A stretch of 63,952 nt of DNA, the filler included, from Squatina squatina (taxonomy: Eukaryota), in the NCBI GenBank assembly GCA_031763465.1. It is 4 parts of 3 records of this genome, joined end to end, with 100 filler letters (N's around TTAATTAATTAA, not from the genome) between each part and the next. Parts side by side here need not be neighbours in the genome. Positions count along the whole stretch, not along the records: positions 1 to 19,569 come from JARFOE010000168.1; 3 more parts are not named here. One strand, 5' to 3'. How positions within the stretch are numbered: the first letter of the stretch is position 1; the number at the start of each line of letters is the position of its first letter. The notes beneath the pieces were generated by a model that saw nothing but the letters and a program-made list of their open reading frames with translations, made no database searches and was not told the origin of the DNA. This document shows, one piece after another, positions 1-11,905 of the stretch. A program made the translations under genes and the position numbers.

Positions 1-560
1 CTGAATGTCAGCAGCCTTCGACTAGCCATGCTTGTGGCCACTGGGATAGCACTGCATTGGAGCAGTAGGATAGGCAAAGGCACACAGAAGACAGGTACTA
101 AGGGAATGCACAAGATTGATTAGTTTATGTTTGTATGCAATATGGCATGATTTGATTTTTAAATTTGGTTTGGAATCTTTATTTTGTGGAGGTTTTTTAT
201 TTTTGCATTGTGGCCAAGACAACGATGTGCCGGTCAGTAACAGAGGGAAGGTAAGGAGTGTGAATGGGGAATTGGGCTTGTGGTTACTGGTATCTCACTT
301 GGATGAGTTCTTCATGGACTGCCTCGACAGAAAAGGGCTTTCTAGGTTGTCTCCTCCCTTCCTCTTCCTCCTCCTCCTCAGCTGCTCGCCATACAGCTGG
401 TGGCAAAGGCTGTGCCCTCATGCTGGCAAGGTTGTGCAGCATGCAGTAGACCACCAACGAATCTTGACACCTGCTCTGCCAAGTACTGCAGGGCTCCTCC
501 AGAGTGGTCCAAGCAGCGGAAGCGTTGTTTCAGCACACCAATGACCTGGTCTACCACATT
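1..560 (-). mobile_element. PIF/Harbinger DNA transposon remnant (C-terminal HARBI1-like transposase fragment plus downstream region)
   Basis: Minus strand ~350-560 reads NVVDQVIGVLKQRFRCLDHSGGALQYLAEQVSRFV, then after a frameshift YCMLHNLA...EEEEEEE. This matches the Harbinger transposase C-terminal pattern (GxLKxRFRCL..GGALQY..CxLHN plus acidic tail). Bases 1-260 have a second copy at 43228-43491. Confidence 0.75.
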
Positions 561-1625
561 TTGGGCTAGAAATTCATCCCTTGTTGTGCCCCTTTAGTGC
601 CTCTAAGGGTGACATCATAAAGATATGCGCCGACCCACACCTCGCGGGCACAACCCCCNNNNNNNNNNNNNNNNNNNNNNNNNNNNNNNNNNNNNNNNNN
701 NNNNNNNNNNNNNNNNNNNNNNNNNNNNNNNNNNNNNNNNNNNNNNNNNNNNNNNNNNTACTGGGACATCTTGAGCTCGTGAAAAGCGCTATAGAAATGC
801 AAGTTCTTTCTTTTTCGTTTTACTCTCTTGCTACATTGCCATGCTCCACATTCCCTGTGGACCATCTGGCTTCGCTTCAGGTCCAACCCTAAATTCATCT
901 TTTGCTTGACTCCACTATTCAACCTCCCCATACTGCAGCAGAATATGCCATCCACCTCCCACAGCCCAAGACCTGACCCCAGCCCTGTAGACCCTCCACT
1001 TGACTCCTCACTACTGTCACTGCTGAGGCCAGTGCCCAAATCCACCTTTCTGCCCAGCCAAAAATACAAGCAGCCAAGCCAGGCCCAAAGTAGAAGCAAG
1101 AAGTGGAGTGGGAACTCCAGGCAAGCTAATCACAGCAACAATTCCTACTACTGTCTTTGCCTGAGGTGAGCTGCCAAATTCCTATTGTTGCCTCAGGCTC
1201 CCTAAACCCCTTCCTCTGCCTGAGCTCGGGTCCTGAGTCCTGCTGCTGTCTGAGCCAATTTAATGAAGCATCACACCCGGAATGTTAAACTATCGGTTCT
1301 CTTTTAAATCTTGACCAATCTGTGGTTCACTTCAGTATTTCCTGTTTTTATTTTAGATTCCTAGCATTTTGTGGCTTTTCTTTTTATCTCTACTGATGGA
1401 ATGCTTCTGTCTGCCTTATAGCAACAAAGCTATCTGATGACCATCACTACCAAATTAGCTGGTACTCTTCTTGAAATTTATAGCTGCCCCGGTGGCATTT
1501 ATCAAATAGGGATGTTCAGTAAAGANNNNNNNNNNNNNNNNNNNNNNNNNNNNNNNNNNNNNNNNNNNNNNNNNNNNNNNNNNNNNNNNNNNNNNNNNNN
1601 NNNNNNNNNNNNNNNNNNNNNNNNN

Positions 1626-1990
1626 GGTGATGGTGTTCCCATGCGCCTGCTGCCCTTGTCCTTCTAGGTGGCAGAGGTCGCGGATTTGGCAAGTGCTGTT
1701 GTAGAAGCGTTAGCGAGTTGCTGCAGTGCATCGTGTAGATTGTACACACTGCTGCCACAGTGCACCGGTGGTGGAGGGAGGGAATGTTTAAGGTTGTGGA
1801 TGGGGTACCAATCAAGTGGGCTGCTTTGAGTGTTGCTGGAGCTACAATCACCCAGGCAAGTGGAGAGTATTCCATCACACTCCTGACTTGGCTTGGTGGA
1901 ACGGTTTTGGGGAGTCGGGAGGAGAGATACTCGTCGCAGAGTACCCAGCCTCTGACCTGCTCTTGTAGCCACAGTCAGTGGTGACCCCCC
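1626..1990 (-). mobile_element. non-LTR retrotransposon, degraded RT C-terminal fragment
   Basis: Frameshifted peptides AGQRLGTLRRV / MEYSPLAW / SLHHRCTVAAVCTIY resemble the post-RT region of LINE ORF2. Confidence 0.6.
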
Positions 1991-4898
1991 AGGATACTAA
2001 TGGTGTTTTTGATTCCAAAGTCTAAATTGTTAATATAAATTGTGAACAACAGTGGTCCCAGCACCGAGCCGTGTGGGACCCCACTTCCTGCTTTCTACCC
2101 CTACTCTCTGCTTTCTGTCTTGCAACCAGCTAGCTATCCATTCTGCTACTTGCCCCCTGACTTCGAACACTCTGATCTCTGTAAACGATTTATAAATCAA
2201 AACAAACATACTAAGTTGGGCAAATTTTGTGATGCTTAACATTACTGGATGGGAATCTGCAGAGAATTGTAGGTGGTGAGGCTGCGAGTTTCTAGTACGC
2301 GCTAGTTTTCCTCATTTTTGATAACTTATTTTTCTCAGTTCTGTGCCATGGAGTTGCTGCATCTTCAGCAGCATCTTCTAATTTCAATTAACAACTCAAA
2401 AATCTTGAGCTAAGTTTATGAATAATGTTAATTGAAGCTATACTTTATCTGATAACTGAAACTAAGTCCTATTTTTATGAAGCTTGCAGGGTTCGTGGGC
2501 GATGATGTAAAGAATATTAATTAGACATAATTTACACATGCAAATGATTTCAATTAGAAGTGAAAACTCCAAGCAGCATCTATGCAAATAGGGCAGTGGA
2601 ATCCTTATACTAATAGGGAAAAGAAATCACTGCAACTTGGTTAACATCCCTATGGAATTTAGGTTAATTATATAAAATTGGTGCTTGCGTTTGAAATAAT
2701 TTTTAATTTGTTCTGTTTCAAAGCGGTTTATAGATAAGCAAATAGTTTTAACAAAAGAAATATAGACAAACAACTGAGACTGAAATTGACAAGGATCAAG
2801 GTGATGCATTGAATTACATAAGAACATAAGAAATAGGAGCAGGAGTAGGCCATTCGGTCCCTCGAGCCTACTCCGCCATTCAACANNNNNNNNNNNNNNN
2901 NNNNNNNNNNNNNNNNNNNNNNNNNNNNNNNNNNNNNNNNNNNNNNNNNNNNNNNNNNNNNNNNNNNNNNNNNNNNNNNNNNNNNCAAGGGCCCAAAGAC
3001 AAATGCCCTAAGGACAGTCTCAGCTTCTGCCATGAACACTTAAACTGCTACAACTGATATCATGGGTACCACACTGAAAACAACTAAATTAGCTAGCCTT
3101 CAAGCAATTGTGAACTTTACAACTAGTGACAGTGCTGTGCATAGTGGAGGTGGCTACATAGTGGATCAGGCAGTTAAAATGGAGTGGAGCACTTACCTAC
3201 TCCTTTTCTGCCTCAATCTGGCCGACTGGGACTTTTAATTGCAAATGACAGGGATACCCGAAGCCGACAGGGTCCTCTTGAAATATACAGACCGGGCTCT
3301 GATGATGTCAACATGACCCAAATTGCCATTTTATCTTCCGGGCCCCACAAAGAAACCTTGGCCCTCTCCTGTCCTGCCCTGGGCAGGATTTCCCTCCCTG
3401 ATCACTCTGATCCACTGAACTTATGTCGTGAACAGTGCCCACAGTTCCCCAGTGGCGATGTCCTGACACACACATTACTGTTCCCACTCCCCACCACAAT
3501 AAAATTGTCCAATCAACTGAGATCACAAATTAGTGTTCTCTTTTTTTTGTTCACATGAAAATTATAAATTATTTCAGAGGATTAATAAATAGGACTGTTC
3601 TCTGCTTTAAATCCTTCACAATTCTTATTCTGTATGAAGTAGCCATATTCTACCATTCAACATAACATATCAGTTCCACACTTTGGCAAACACTGACAGC
3701 TGAACAAAGGTTAATAATGCAAGTTACACGGCAGTTTAATCATTTTAATCAACCACTGAACATTTCTGAACCATCTCCAGTCTGGTCGTAACTAACAAGA
3801 GGAATCAGTTCATGCATGGAAATATTTGTTCAGATCACGGGGAAAGAGAAACTTAAGCACCAGTAAGAAAGTTCTAAATCCAGGTATGACTGATAATTTC
3901 AATGCAAACAGTAGTGTTATTTCGCCATAAACATGAAAATCATAAATAATACGCAATCTATTTTAGCAGCATAGCATTTTATCTAGAATTAAAATGGCCT
4001 GTATGATTCTACCAAGAACTGCAAACAGGAGATTTAGGTGTCATTTTTCAACTATGCCTGTACACACCTTCCAATAAAAGCCTCTGCCATAATAAACTTA
4101 ATCTATTTTTTGCATATTGACAAGTTGAATTAATAAGTGCCTTGAAATACAATGGGAAAAATACAATAAAGGCACATTATTTAATAGTTATATTTCATTT
4201 GAATCATAAAAATAAATACAAAAACAGACTTCCACTTTGTAATTAATTTGTTTTTGTGGGAAAAATTATACAAGTCATTTTTCAGCGCAAATCATTCGTG
4301 TCACATACATTTTTACTCATTAATAAACAATGAAGACATTAATGCTCCAAGGACTTTGGGGAGAGCTCATTACATGCATCCAATCTAGTGTAGCTGACCA
4401 GTGATTTGAAACCGTGTTGTTTATTTTTCTAAACTTTGAGAACAACGGAAGACCAATTCTTCATCATGTCATAATAAAAGTGACAAGATTAGCAGTCCAC
4501 ACTATATTCAGAAAATTCTTGTTATTAAACAATGCATTTCATTTTTCTGTGTTCTGTTACTGTGTGGCACAATAAGGAAGATTAATTGCTATAGTAATGC
4601 ATAAATGTTTTTGTTATGTTGCTGGAAAGGTGACAGACTGCCGGTGCTGGAAAACATTGTAATAGTATGAAGAATCTTACATGAAGCATACTGCGAAGTG
4701 GTAATACTAGCTATTTAGGCTGTCACAATATGAATTTTTTTTCATAGCACAATGCCTACATTTTTTGTTATAGTATTGCTGGAAATCAGAAAACGGCAAC
4801 ATTTTTCTCTATCTAAAAGGGTGACCCAATGGTCTGCTGTGTTGATCGGAGATTATATACTTTCTACAGTGGAATCTTGTTATACTGATGATCGTTTG

Positions 4899-5045
4899 CA
4901 GTCGAAGGTGAGCAGAGTCGGGAGCAGCCGGTGAGTTAAAAAGCACGAGCTTTTACAGACCCAGTCGGAGGTGAGCAGAGTCGGGAGCAGCCGGTGAGTT
5001 AAAAAGCGCGGGCTTTATTTGTGTACAGGCCCAGGCGGAGCTGAG
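4899..5045 (+). repeat. 63-bp tandem repeat (~2.3 units), possibly a LINE 5' UTR, cut by a gap
   Basis: CAGTCG(A/G)AGGTGAGCAGAGTCGGGAGCAGCCGGTGAGTTAAAAAGC occurs at 4899 and 4962. Confidence 0.7.
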
Positions 5046-5145
5046 NNNNNNNNNNNNNNNNNNNNNNNNNNNNNNNNNNNNNNNNNNNNNNNNNNNNNNN
5101 NNNNNNNNNNNNNNNNNNNNNNNNNNNNNNNNNNNNNNNNNNNNN

Positions 5146-5275
5146 GATGCTCAGGTAGATAAATGGACTAGTCTTGTTTTCCCCATTCTTTTCATTGACT
5201 GCTTGTACATAGTATTTTCCCGCATCTGCCGCAGCCGCCGAAAGCACCACCAGATGATTGTCGAGAGTTATCGCT
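5146..5275 (-). CDS. SDK1: Sidekick-1 internal exon (Ig domain 2), 3' end lost in gap
   Basis: Acceptor tttctaacAG, then [43 protein letters not shown]. The [13 protein letters not shown] stretch is SDK1-type rather than SDK2-type. Confidence 0.9.
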
Positions 5276-8200
5276 CTGTTAGAAACACAAAAACGTGAGT
5301 GCTATCAGCCAAATCTTAAATGAAGTCCAATCATCAGGAACCTACAAAAACAGGTTGAGTAATTGGTAAAATACAATGCTGAGAATTACTGAGAGTTGAA
5401 AAATCCCTCAATAATAACCCAGAAAGTAAGAATATATATACACCACATCAAATCATCCCAAAGTACTTCACTTTCATTGTTAGGCAAATGTAGCAGCCAT
5501 TCTGCACCAGAGTATTACATAAGAAGCTGAAAGATGAATGACCAGTTAACCTGTTTTTAGGCTGTAGATTGATGGTCATAACACCAGGTGAACACCCTGC
5601 TCTACTTTGGAAAAATGCCATGGGACCTTTAACTTCTACGTGAACTGGCAACAGGTTTAAGATCTCATTCAAAAGATAGCACCCTTGACAATACAGCACT
5701 TGTCAAATTGCACTGGAGTGGCAGTCCAGATTACTTTGGAATCAGGATGTGGGAATATAACCCAGAATCTTCTCATTCAGAGGCATGAGTGCTACCAGCT
5801 GAGTCAAGAGGAGGCTAACAAAATCTATTACAACATGCGAACAGGAGTAATTAATACAAGTCATGTTGCCTGAGATTAATGATACATAACCTAGGTGAAC
5901 AGACTATCTAATGAAAGGGACTTCATTCATCACCTTAGAAAAACAGAAGAATAGTAACAAGAGTGCATCCACATCCCCTGCAACTTCTGTATATGTGGTG
6001 GTTAAGTTGTATGTACCCCATTTCTTGAGTGATTATTAAATAGCAACTCCCATCAATGCAATCTCAGCTCCCGTTACTAATTTTAGAACTTTCCCCTCTA
6101 ATTTTAAATCAGCAGTGGGAGTCTGGCCTGAAGTCGAGGGATGGGGGTGGAGCAAGAAACAGTTGATTGTAATGCACTCCACTCTTCTAGGGTTGTCAAG
6201 TGTAAATGGTAACTCTCCCTCCTAACTTCAGCCCAGGCTTCTGCTGATGTTTTAAAATTAGAGATGTTCCAGCAGAATATTCAGAGGGAGAAAATAATTA
6301 ACATCAGCAGAGGAAGTCAGGATTTGAGCTAGAGGGGGGAGATCCGATTTAAAAACATGATCAGCAGATGTCCTCTCTGGCATTGTTCATGGTGAATCAG
6401 AGGTTCTGCTATTGCATATGTGTGAGTGATTGCAGTCATTCTCTTGACCAGGGATACACATCATACCCCTGGAATGGAGGTTCCACCATTTGTAGTTTTA
6501 GTAGCAGCTGCATGTCTCTCTGCAACAAATAATGGTAGGCACCACACTCTGGGTATATTGGAACATATTCTCAAACCCAACTCTAGGTATCACCTCGAGC
6601 AGTTGTTGGCCCAACTCTCAAGAATTTCTTCACTAGTTATATGACTCCACCATGATGAAGTCAGATGTCAAAGGGTTATTCAGTGAAGCTTGTAAAGTGG
6701 CAGACACCTTGATGTTCTAGATTTTCAAATCCAGTGGTGCAAACCAGGTTACTCATCACAAATTGCTCNNNNNNNNNNNNNNNNNNNNNNNNNNNNNNNN
6801 NNNNNNNNNNNNNNNNNNNNNNNNNNNNNNNNNNNNNNNNNNNNNNNNNNNNNNNNNNNNNNNNNNNNGGCCGGGTCTGGAACAGTGGGGATATTGGAGG
6901 CCAGGGTTGGGTGAAGATCGGGGTCCAGAGTAGAGGGGAGACCGTAGGCCGGGATCAAGATCGAAGGCCAGAGGGGAGATCGGAAGGGTCGGGAGGGGTG
7001 ATCAGAAGGGTGTCTGATCTCTGATCGTGGGGAGTGAGTGAAGCAGGTAAACTGGATCCAGCAGGCAAGTGGAAAGGCACTTACCGCCTGGATCCAGCAG
7101 TCCTAGCTTCCCTTTAGCTGCCTGGTTTCCCGAGATCCAGGAAACCTGGCTGTTCAGAGTTAAATTTAAATAGACATTAATTCTGAGGCATGCAGCTTCA
7201 TTATAATAGTTAAGTGATCAGTCCACCTCCTGCAAATGGGTTGGTTGTCGCCCCGCCCCAACCCCCGCCCCATCCATCCTCCATTAAAATCAGAAGTGAG
7301 CGGGTTGGAGTCAAGTTTCAAATTTTTAATATTTTTACATCCCATCTGACCCAAACCCACCCATTTTCGAGGGTTAAAATTCCTCCACATATCTTTTTAT
7401 TGTAACATATTATATAGGTTTCAGTTCCATGCCTAGGATATTACTGTTCCATATGTGGAAAAGGAACATCTCCGGATTCTCAATTATCCTCCAGGCTTCG
7501 GGAAGGGGAGTTCCCTGCAATACAATGGATAAGGGAGCTTCCACCTCAAATATTTCAAATCACTTTTTTCCAGATCAGTGAGTTTTACTTAAAAATTAAA
7601 TCTAAGTTTTCTTCGAGCTGTCAAGTGAATATCCTTCTCGGTCTTCATTGAATAAATACAAAATAATTGCTGGTTTCTGAAGTACAAATGTTAGCACAGA
7701 ATTGCTTTGATTGTTATTGAGGAGCTAAAATTCTATTTAGTTTGAAAGACCTAAATGTAGTGGATAATTGGGCTACGTCTCTTCAGTGGGTCTTCACTTT
7801 AATTAACAGCCAAACGCCCATAACTATTAATCAATTTCAAGCCTTCCCACTACAACCTGCCTCAAAACCATCAGAGACCTCACAGCTCTTCAGCAACATC
7901 TTTCCAGCAAACAAACAGGTACTTTCATTGCTACGCATTTGACTTTCTTTCATCTCATTTAGCATTGTTCGTATTGACAAGGAGTTTTCTGTTGCTTGGA
8001 TACCAGGTCACACTGTCATTGCGATCATGGCATAGGGACATTGTAAATTCACTCAGAGTCTCACTGCTCTGCTTCCTAGCCTGCTGAGGCCAGATAGAGA
8101 AGGGATATCTGAGAACTCTGTAGGATATAATACAATTAATGATGGAACAGTTCCAGAAGCCGATTAAAATAATTCACTTTATAATAATCTAACCCCCTGA

Positions 8201-8429
8201 GCGCAGTAGTAGTGTTTTTTCAAAGCTTTTCCACAACTACATTTCACAAGGTTATCCAAGGTTTTTACATAAAACAGGGAATTACAAAGGGAATTCTAAG
8301 TAATATGCTCATCGCTGTAATCAACCTTGNNNNNNNNNNNNNNNNNNNNNNNNNNNNNNNNNNNNNNNNNNNNNNNNNNNNNNNNNNNNNNNNNNNNNNN
8401 NNNNNNNNNNNNNNNNNNNNNNNNNNNNN

Positions 8430-8930
8430 GTTTTGGTCTCCTTATCTGAGGAAGGATGTTCTTGCTATGGAGGGAGTGCAGCGAAGGTTCACCAGACTGA
8501 TTCCTGTGATGGCAGGACTGACGTATGAAGAGAGATTGGGTCGATTAGGCTTATATGTGCTAGAGTTTAGAAGAATGAGAGGGGACCTCATTGAAACGTA
8601 TAAAATTCTGACGGGACTAGACAGACTAGATGCAGGAAGGATGTTCCCGATGGTGGGGAAGTCCAGAACCAGGAGTCTCAGCCTAAGGATACAGAGTAAG
8701 CCATTTAGGACTGAGATGAGGAGAAATTTCTTCACACAGAGGGTAATGAACCTGTGGAATTCTCTACCACAGGCAGTTGAGGCCAAATCATGAAATATAT
8801 TCAAGAAGGAGTTAGATATAGTTCGTATTGCTAAAGGGATCAAGGGATATGGGGAGAAAGCAGGAACAGGGTACTGAATTTGGATGATCAGCCTACTCCT
8901 GCTCCTATTTTCTATGTTTCTATGTTTCTA
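8430..8930 (+). mobile_element. CR1 LINE 3' end (ORF2 C-terminus, 3' UTR, TTCTATGT tail)
   Basis: FWSPYLRKDVLAMEGVQRRFTRLIP...RNFFTQRVMNLWNSLP, ending TTTCTATGTTTCTATGTTTCTA. Confidence 0.9.
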
Positions 8931-10933
8931 CCTCTTTGACCAAGCTTTTGGTCACCTGCCCTAATTTCTCAGTGTCAAATTTCTTATAATACTCCTGTGA
9001 AGTGCCTTAGGATGTTTCACTATGTTAGGCACTATATAAATACAAGTTGTTGTGTGTGTGTCGAGCATTGCTGATTTCAAAATAGCTATGGTGTTTACCC
9101 ACATAACAACAGTGACTGTACTTCAAAATGCAATTCATTCTACATGAAGTACCTTGTGATGTTTCCAAGAAACATAATAAATCCATGTTCTTTCGGTCTA
9201 AAATTCTATTTTGCAATCCAAAAATTACTGACAATTCTCTTTTCATTTTGTTAAACTATGCTGCAACAAAAATAATGTTAGCAAGGACTGCAGTGGAAAT
9301 GGGGGCATGAGCTGTGCCTGACTGCAATATCACAATGGGTAATTTTGACAAATTCCAACAGTACCAATGAGTCATTTCTAATCTCCCAACTACAGCACCA
9401 TTTATTTAATCCATGTATTTTTTAAAGGAGAATGAATGTGCAGTAGACTTTGCCAATACATCAGGGAAATGCACCATTTAGAATTCCTTCATGTTACTGT
9501 TCTTTTCTTCCAAAACATCATTCTGAGGAGATTTATTTTCATCACTAACTCGACCAGCATTAAAAGAATTTTAACAATGAAGGACACAGAATATACACAA
9601 TACGATTGAAAAAACTTCTGGACGATCAACCTGAACTGCATTTTGTAACGGTCAAGGCTAGCTATTTAACATGTCCTTCAAATCATGAGATCCACAGCAA
9701 ATATTTTACAGCTAACAATCGGCTAATTCAAACAATTGAACAGAGAAGTGTTTATATCGTTTATACATTTCCGAAATGCATAGAAGAGGCAATGGGAGAG
9801 GGAAAGACACCATGATAAACGGGACAAATGCTTCCAACCAAATTAGCACACACCTTTGGCGATATTGCCAGGTTTTCAGCTTTTCCCTCTTCCCATCATA
9901 GAGAACTAATGTCAGACGGCAGAGAAAGAGGCAAGATAATCAAGAAGGGGGTTATTGGCAGCCCTGCCAATTTGCACCTAACTTTCTCCATTTGTATGCA
10001 ATGTACTACTGGTGATGAATTAAGGCCATTTAGAAGTTGGCCTCACTATAATGCTACTCCCCAGTGTTGCTCATGGCAGTGAAAGAAGAAAACGCAGCCA
10101 CACCATGGAAACTCCACTCTGCAGGTATCATACAGGTAGATTTTGTGTTTTTGGTAGCATGGTAGACACCATGCCTGAGCTCCAACATGTTGTGCTGCAG
10201 AGTTATAGCGCACAGACTTTGTACCACCTCGAGGTGTGAGCATGGCTCAGCTGGTAGCAGTTTTGCCTCTTAGCTAGAGGTTGCGGGCAGGTCATTAAAA
10301 TGGCAGGAGTGGGGTGGGATGTTGTGGTACATGTAGCACCGCACCAGCTCAAAACAGGCACAGGAGGGGCCTCCTGCCTGAGGCAGGATGGCGACCGACT
10401 TTACATTCAAAGGACACAGCCCAATTATGCTATTTTAACTCAAAAGTGCGGGAGGCCTCCATGGAGCCAAACCTGACAGATAGATCTGGTGGCAGTCAAC
10501 TGAGTGGCCAGAAGCAGCGATGGTAAATCTCATTATTTAACTTTCTTGTGGAATACTTGTGGGCCAGGAGGAGCAGGAGTGTTCCCCTTCCCCACCGGCC
10601 CTCCAAGCAAACCTGTTAATCTCCCCGGTGATTGGACCCCGCCCCTCAGTGATCTGATTTCCTCCCTGGGCCACAACCGCCTCCCCATGTCTTTCCCAGC
10701 CTGCGATCCACTCCCGTCCTCTCCCGAGGTCCTCCACAGGCCCCCCGCTGATCTTCTCTCCTCCCCCAATCTCTCCAGGCCCCCCAACGATGTCCCTCTC
10801 TTCCTCCTCTATGCTTCCTGCCTGTGGCCTGGTGGTGGAGGCCTACCCACCTGACAGCCAGCCTGATTCCAAAAATTGTAATTGGGTCCTGCCATTAAAT
10901 TCTATAAGATGTGAGGGAAATATGTTCTTCTGA

Positions 10934-11414
10934 AGGTGGAGGGTGAACAGCCAGTGGTCGTGGTACATGTCAGTATCAACGATATAGGTAGAAAAAGGGA
11001 TGAGGTCCTACAAGATGAATTTAAGGAGTTAGGAGCTAAGTTAAAAAGCAGGACCTCAAAGGTAGTAATCTCAGGATTATTTCCAGTGCCACGTGCTAGT
11101 GAGTATAGGAACAGGAGAATAGACCAGATGAATCTGTGGCTGGAGAGATGGTGCAGGAGGGAGGGATTTAGATTCTTGAGGCATTGGGACTAGTTCTGGG
11201 GAAGGTGGGACCTGTACAAGCAGGATGGGTTACACCCAGACAGAACCGGGATCGTTATCCTCGCGGGGGTGTTTGCTAGTCCTGTCGGGGAGGATTTAAA
11301 CAAGAATGGCAGGGGAATGGGAACCTAAACAGGGAGGCAAAGGAGAGGGAAACAAGGACAGAAATGAAAGTAAGAACAGTAGAAAGCAAAAGTGGAAGGC
11401 AGGGGAAACACGGG
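10934..11414 (+). mobile_element. CR1 LINE ORF1 esterase (SGNH-like) fragment
   Basis: EGEQPVVVVHVSINDIGRKRDEVL...KVVISGLFPVPRA...WCRREGFRFLRHWD, continuing past an in-frame stop as WGRWDLYKQDGLH. Confidence 0.75.
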
Positions 11415-11514
11415 NNNNNNNNNNNNNNNNNNNNNNNNNNNNNNNNNNNNNNNNNNNNNNNNNNNNNNNNNNNNNNNNNNNNNNNNNNNNNNNNNNNNNN
11501 NNNNNNNNNNNNNN

Positions 11515-11905
11515 TGGATGTCGGCGACCGAGTCTTGGTTGAGGAGTTCCTCGAAGTGCTCTTTCCAGCGGGCGCTGACTGCCTTCTGTCCTTGATGAGC
11601 AGGTCTCCGTTCTTAGCTCTCAGTGGGGTATGTCCTTGGGTGTTTGGGCCGTAGATGATCTTGACTGCGCTGAAGAATCCATGCATGTCGTGGTTGATGG
11701 TGAGTTGCTGGATCTCCTGCGCTCTTTCAACCCACCATCTATTCTTTAGTTCCCGGGTTTTTTGTTGGACCTCAGCCTTCATTTGTCTGTAGACCTGTTT
11801 TTTTTACCCCTTGAGCTTTGGTGGTGCTTCCAGTTCAAGAACGCCTTGCGTTTGCAGTTTAACAGCCCCTGAATCTCCTGGTCATTCTCGTCAAACCAGT
11901 CTTGA
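11515..11905 (-). mobile_element. RTE-clade LINE fragment
   Basis: KAEVQQKTRELKNRWWVERAQEIQQL..HDMHGFFSAVKIIYGP, nearly identical to the RTE copies at 30560-31100. Confidence 0.8.

Noticed and set aside
4899-5045. Direct repeats as a possible CRISPR array
   Set aside because: Contiguous tandem units without unique spacers, no cas genes, and eukaryotic context.
10936-11193. Stand-alone esterase/lipase gene
   Set aside because: It is the esterase domain of CR1 ORF1, with an in-frame stop and no exon structure.
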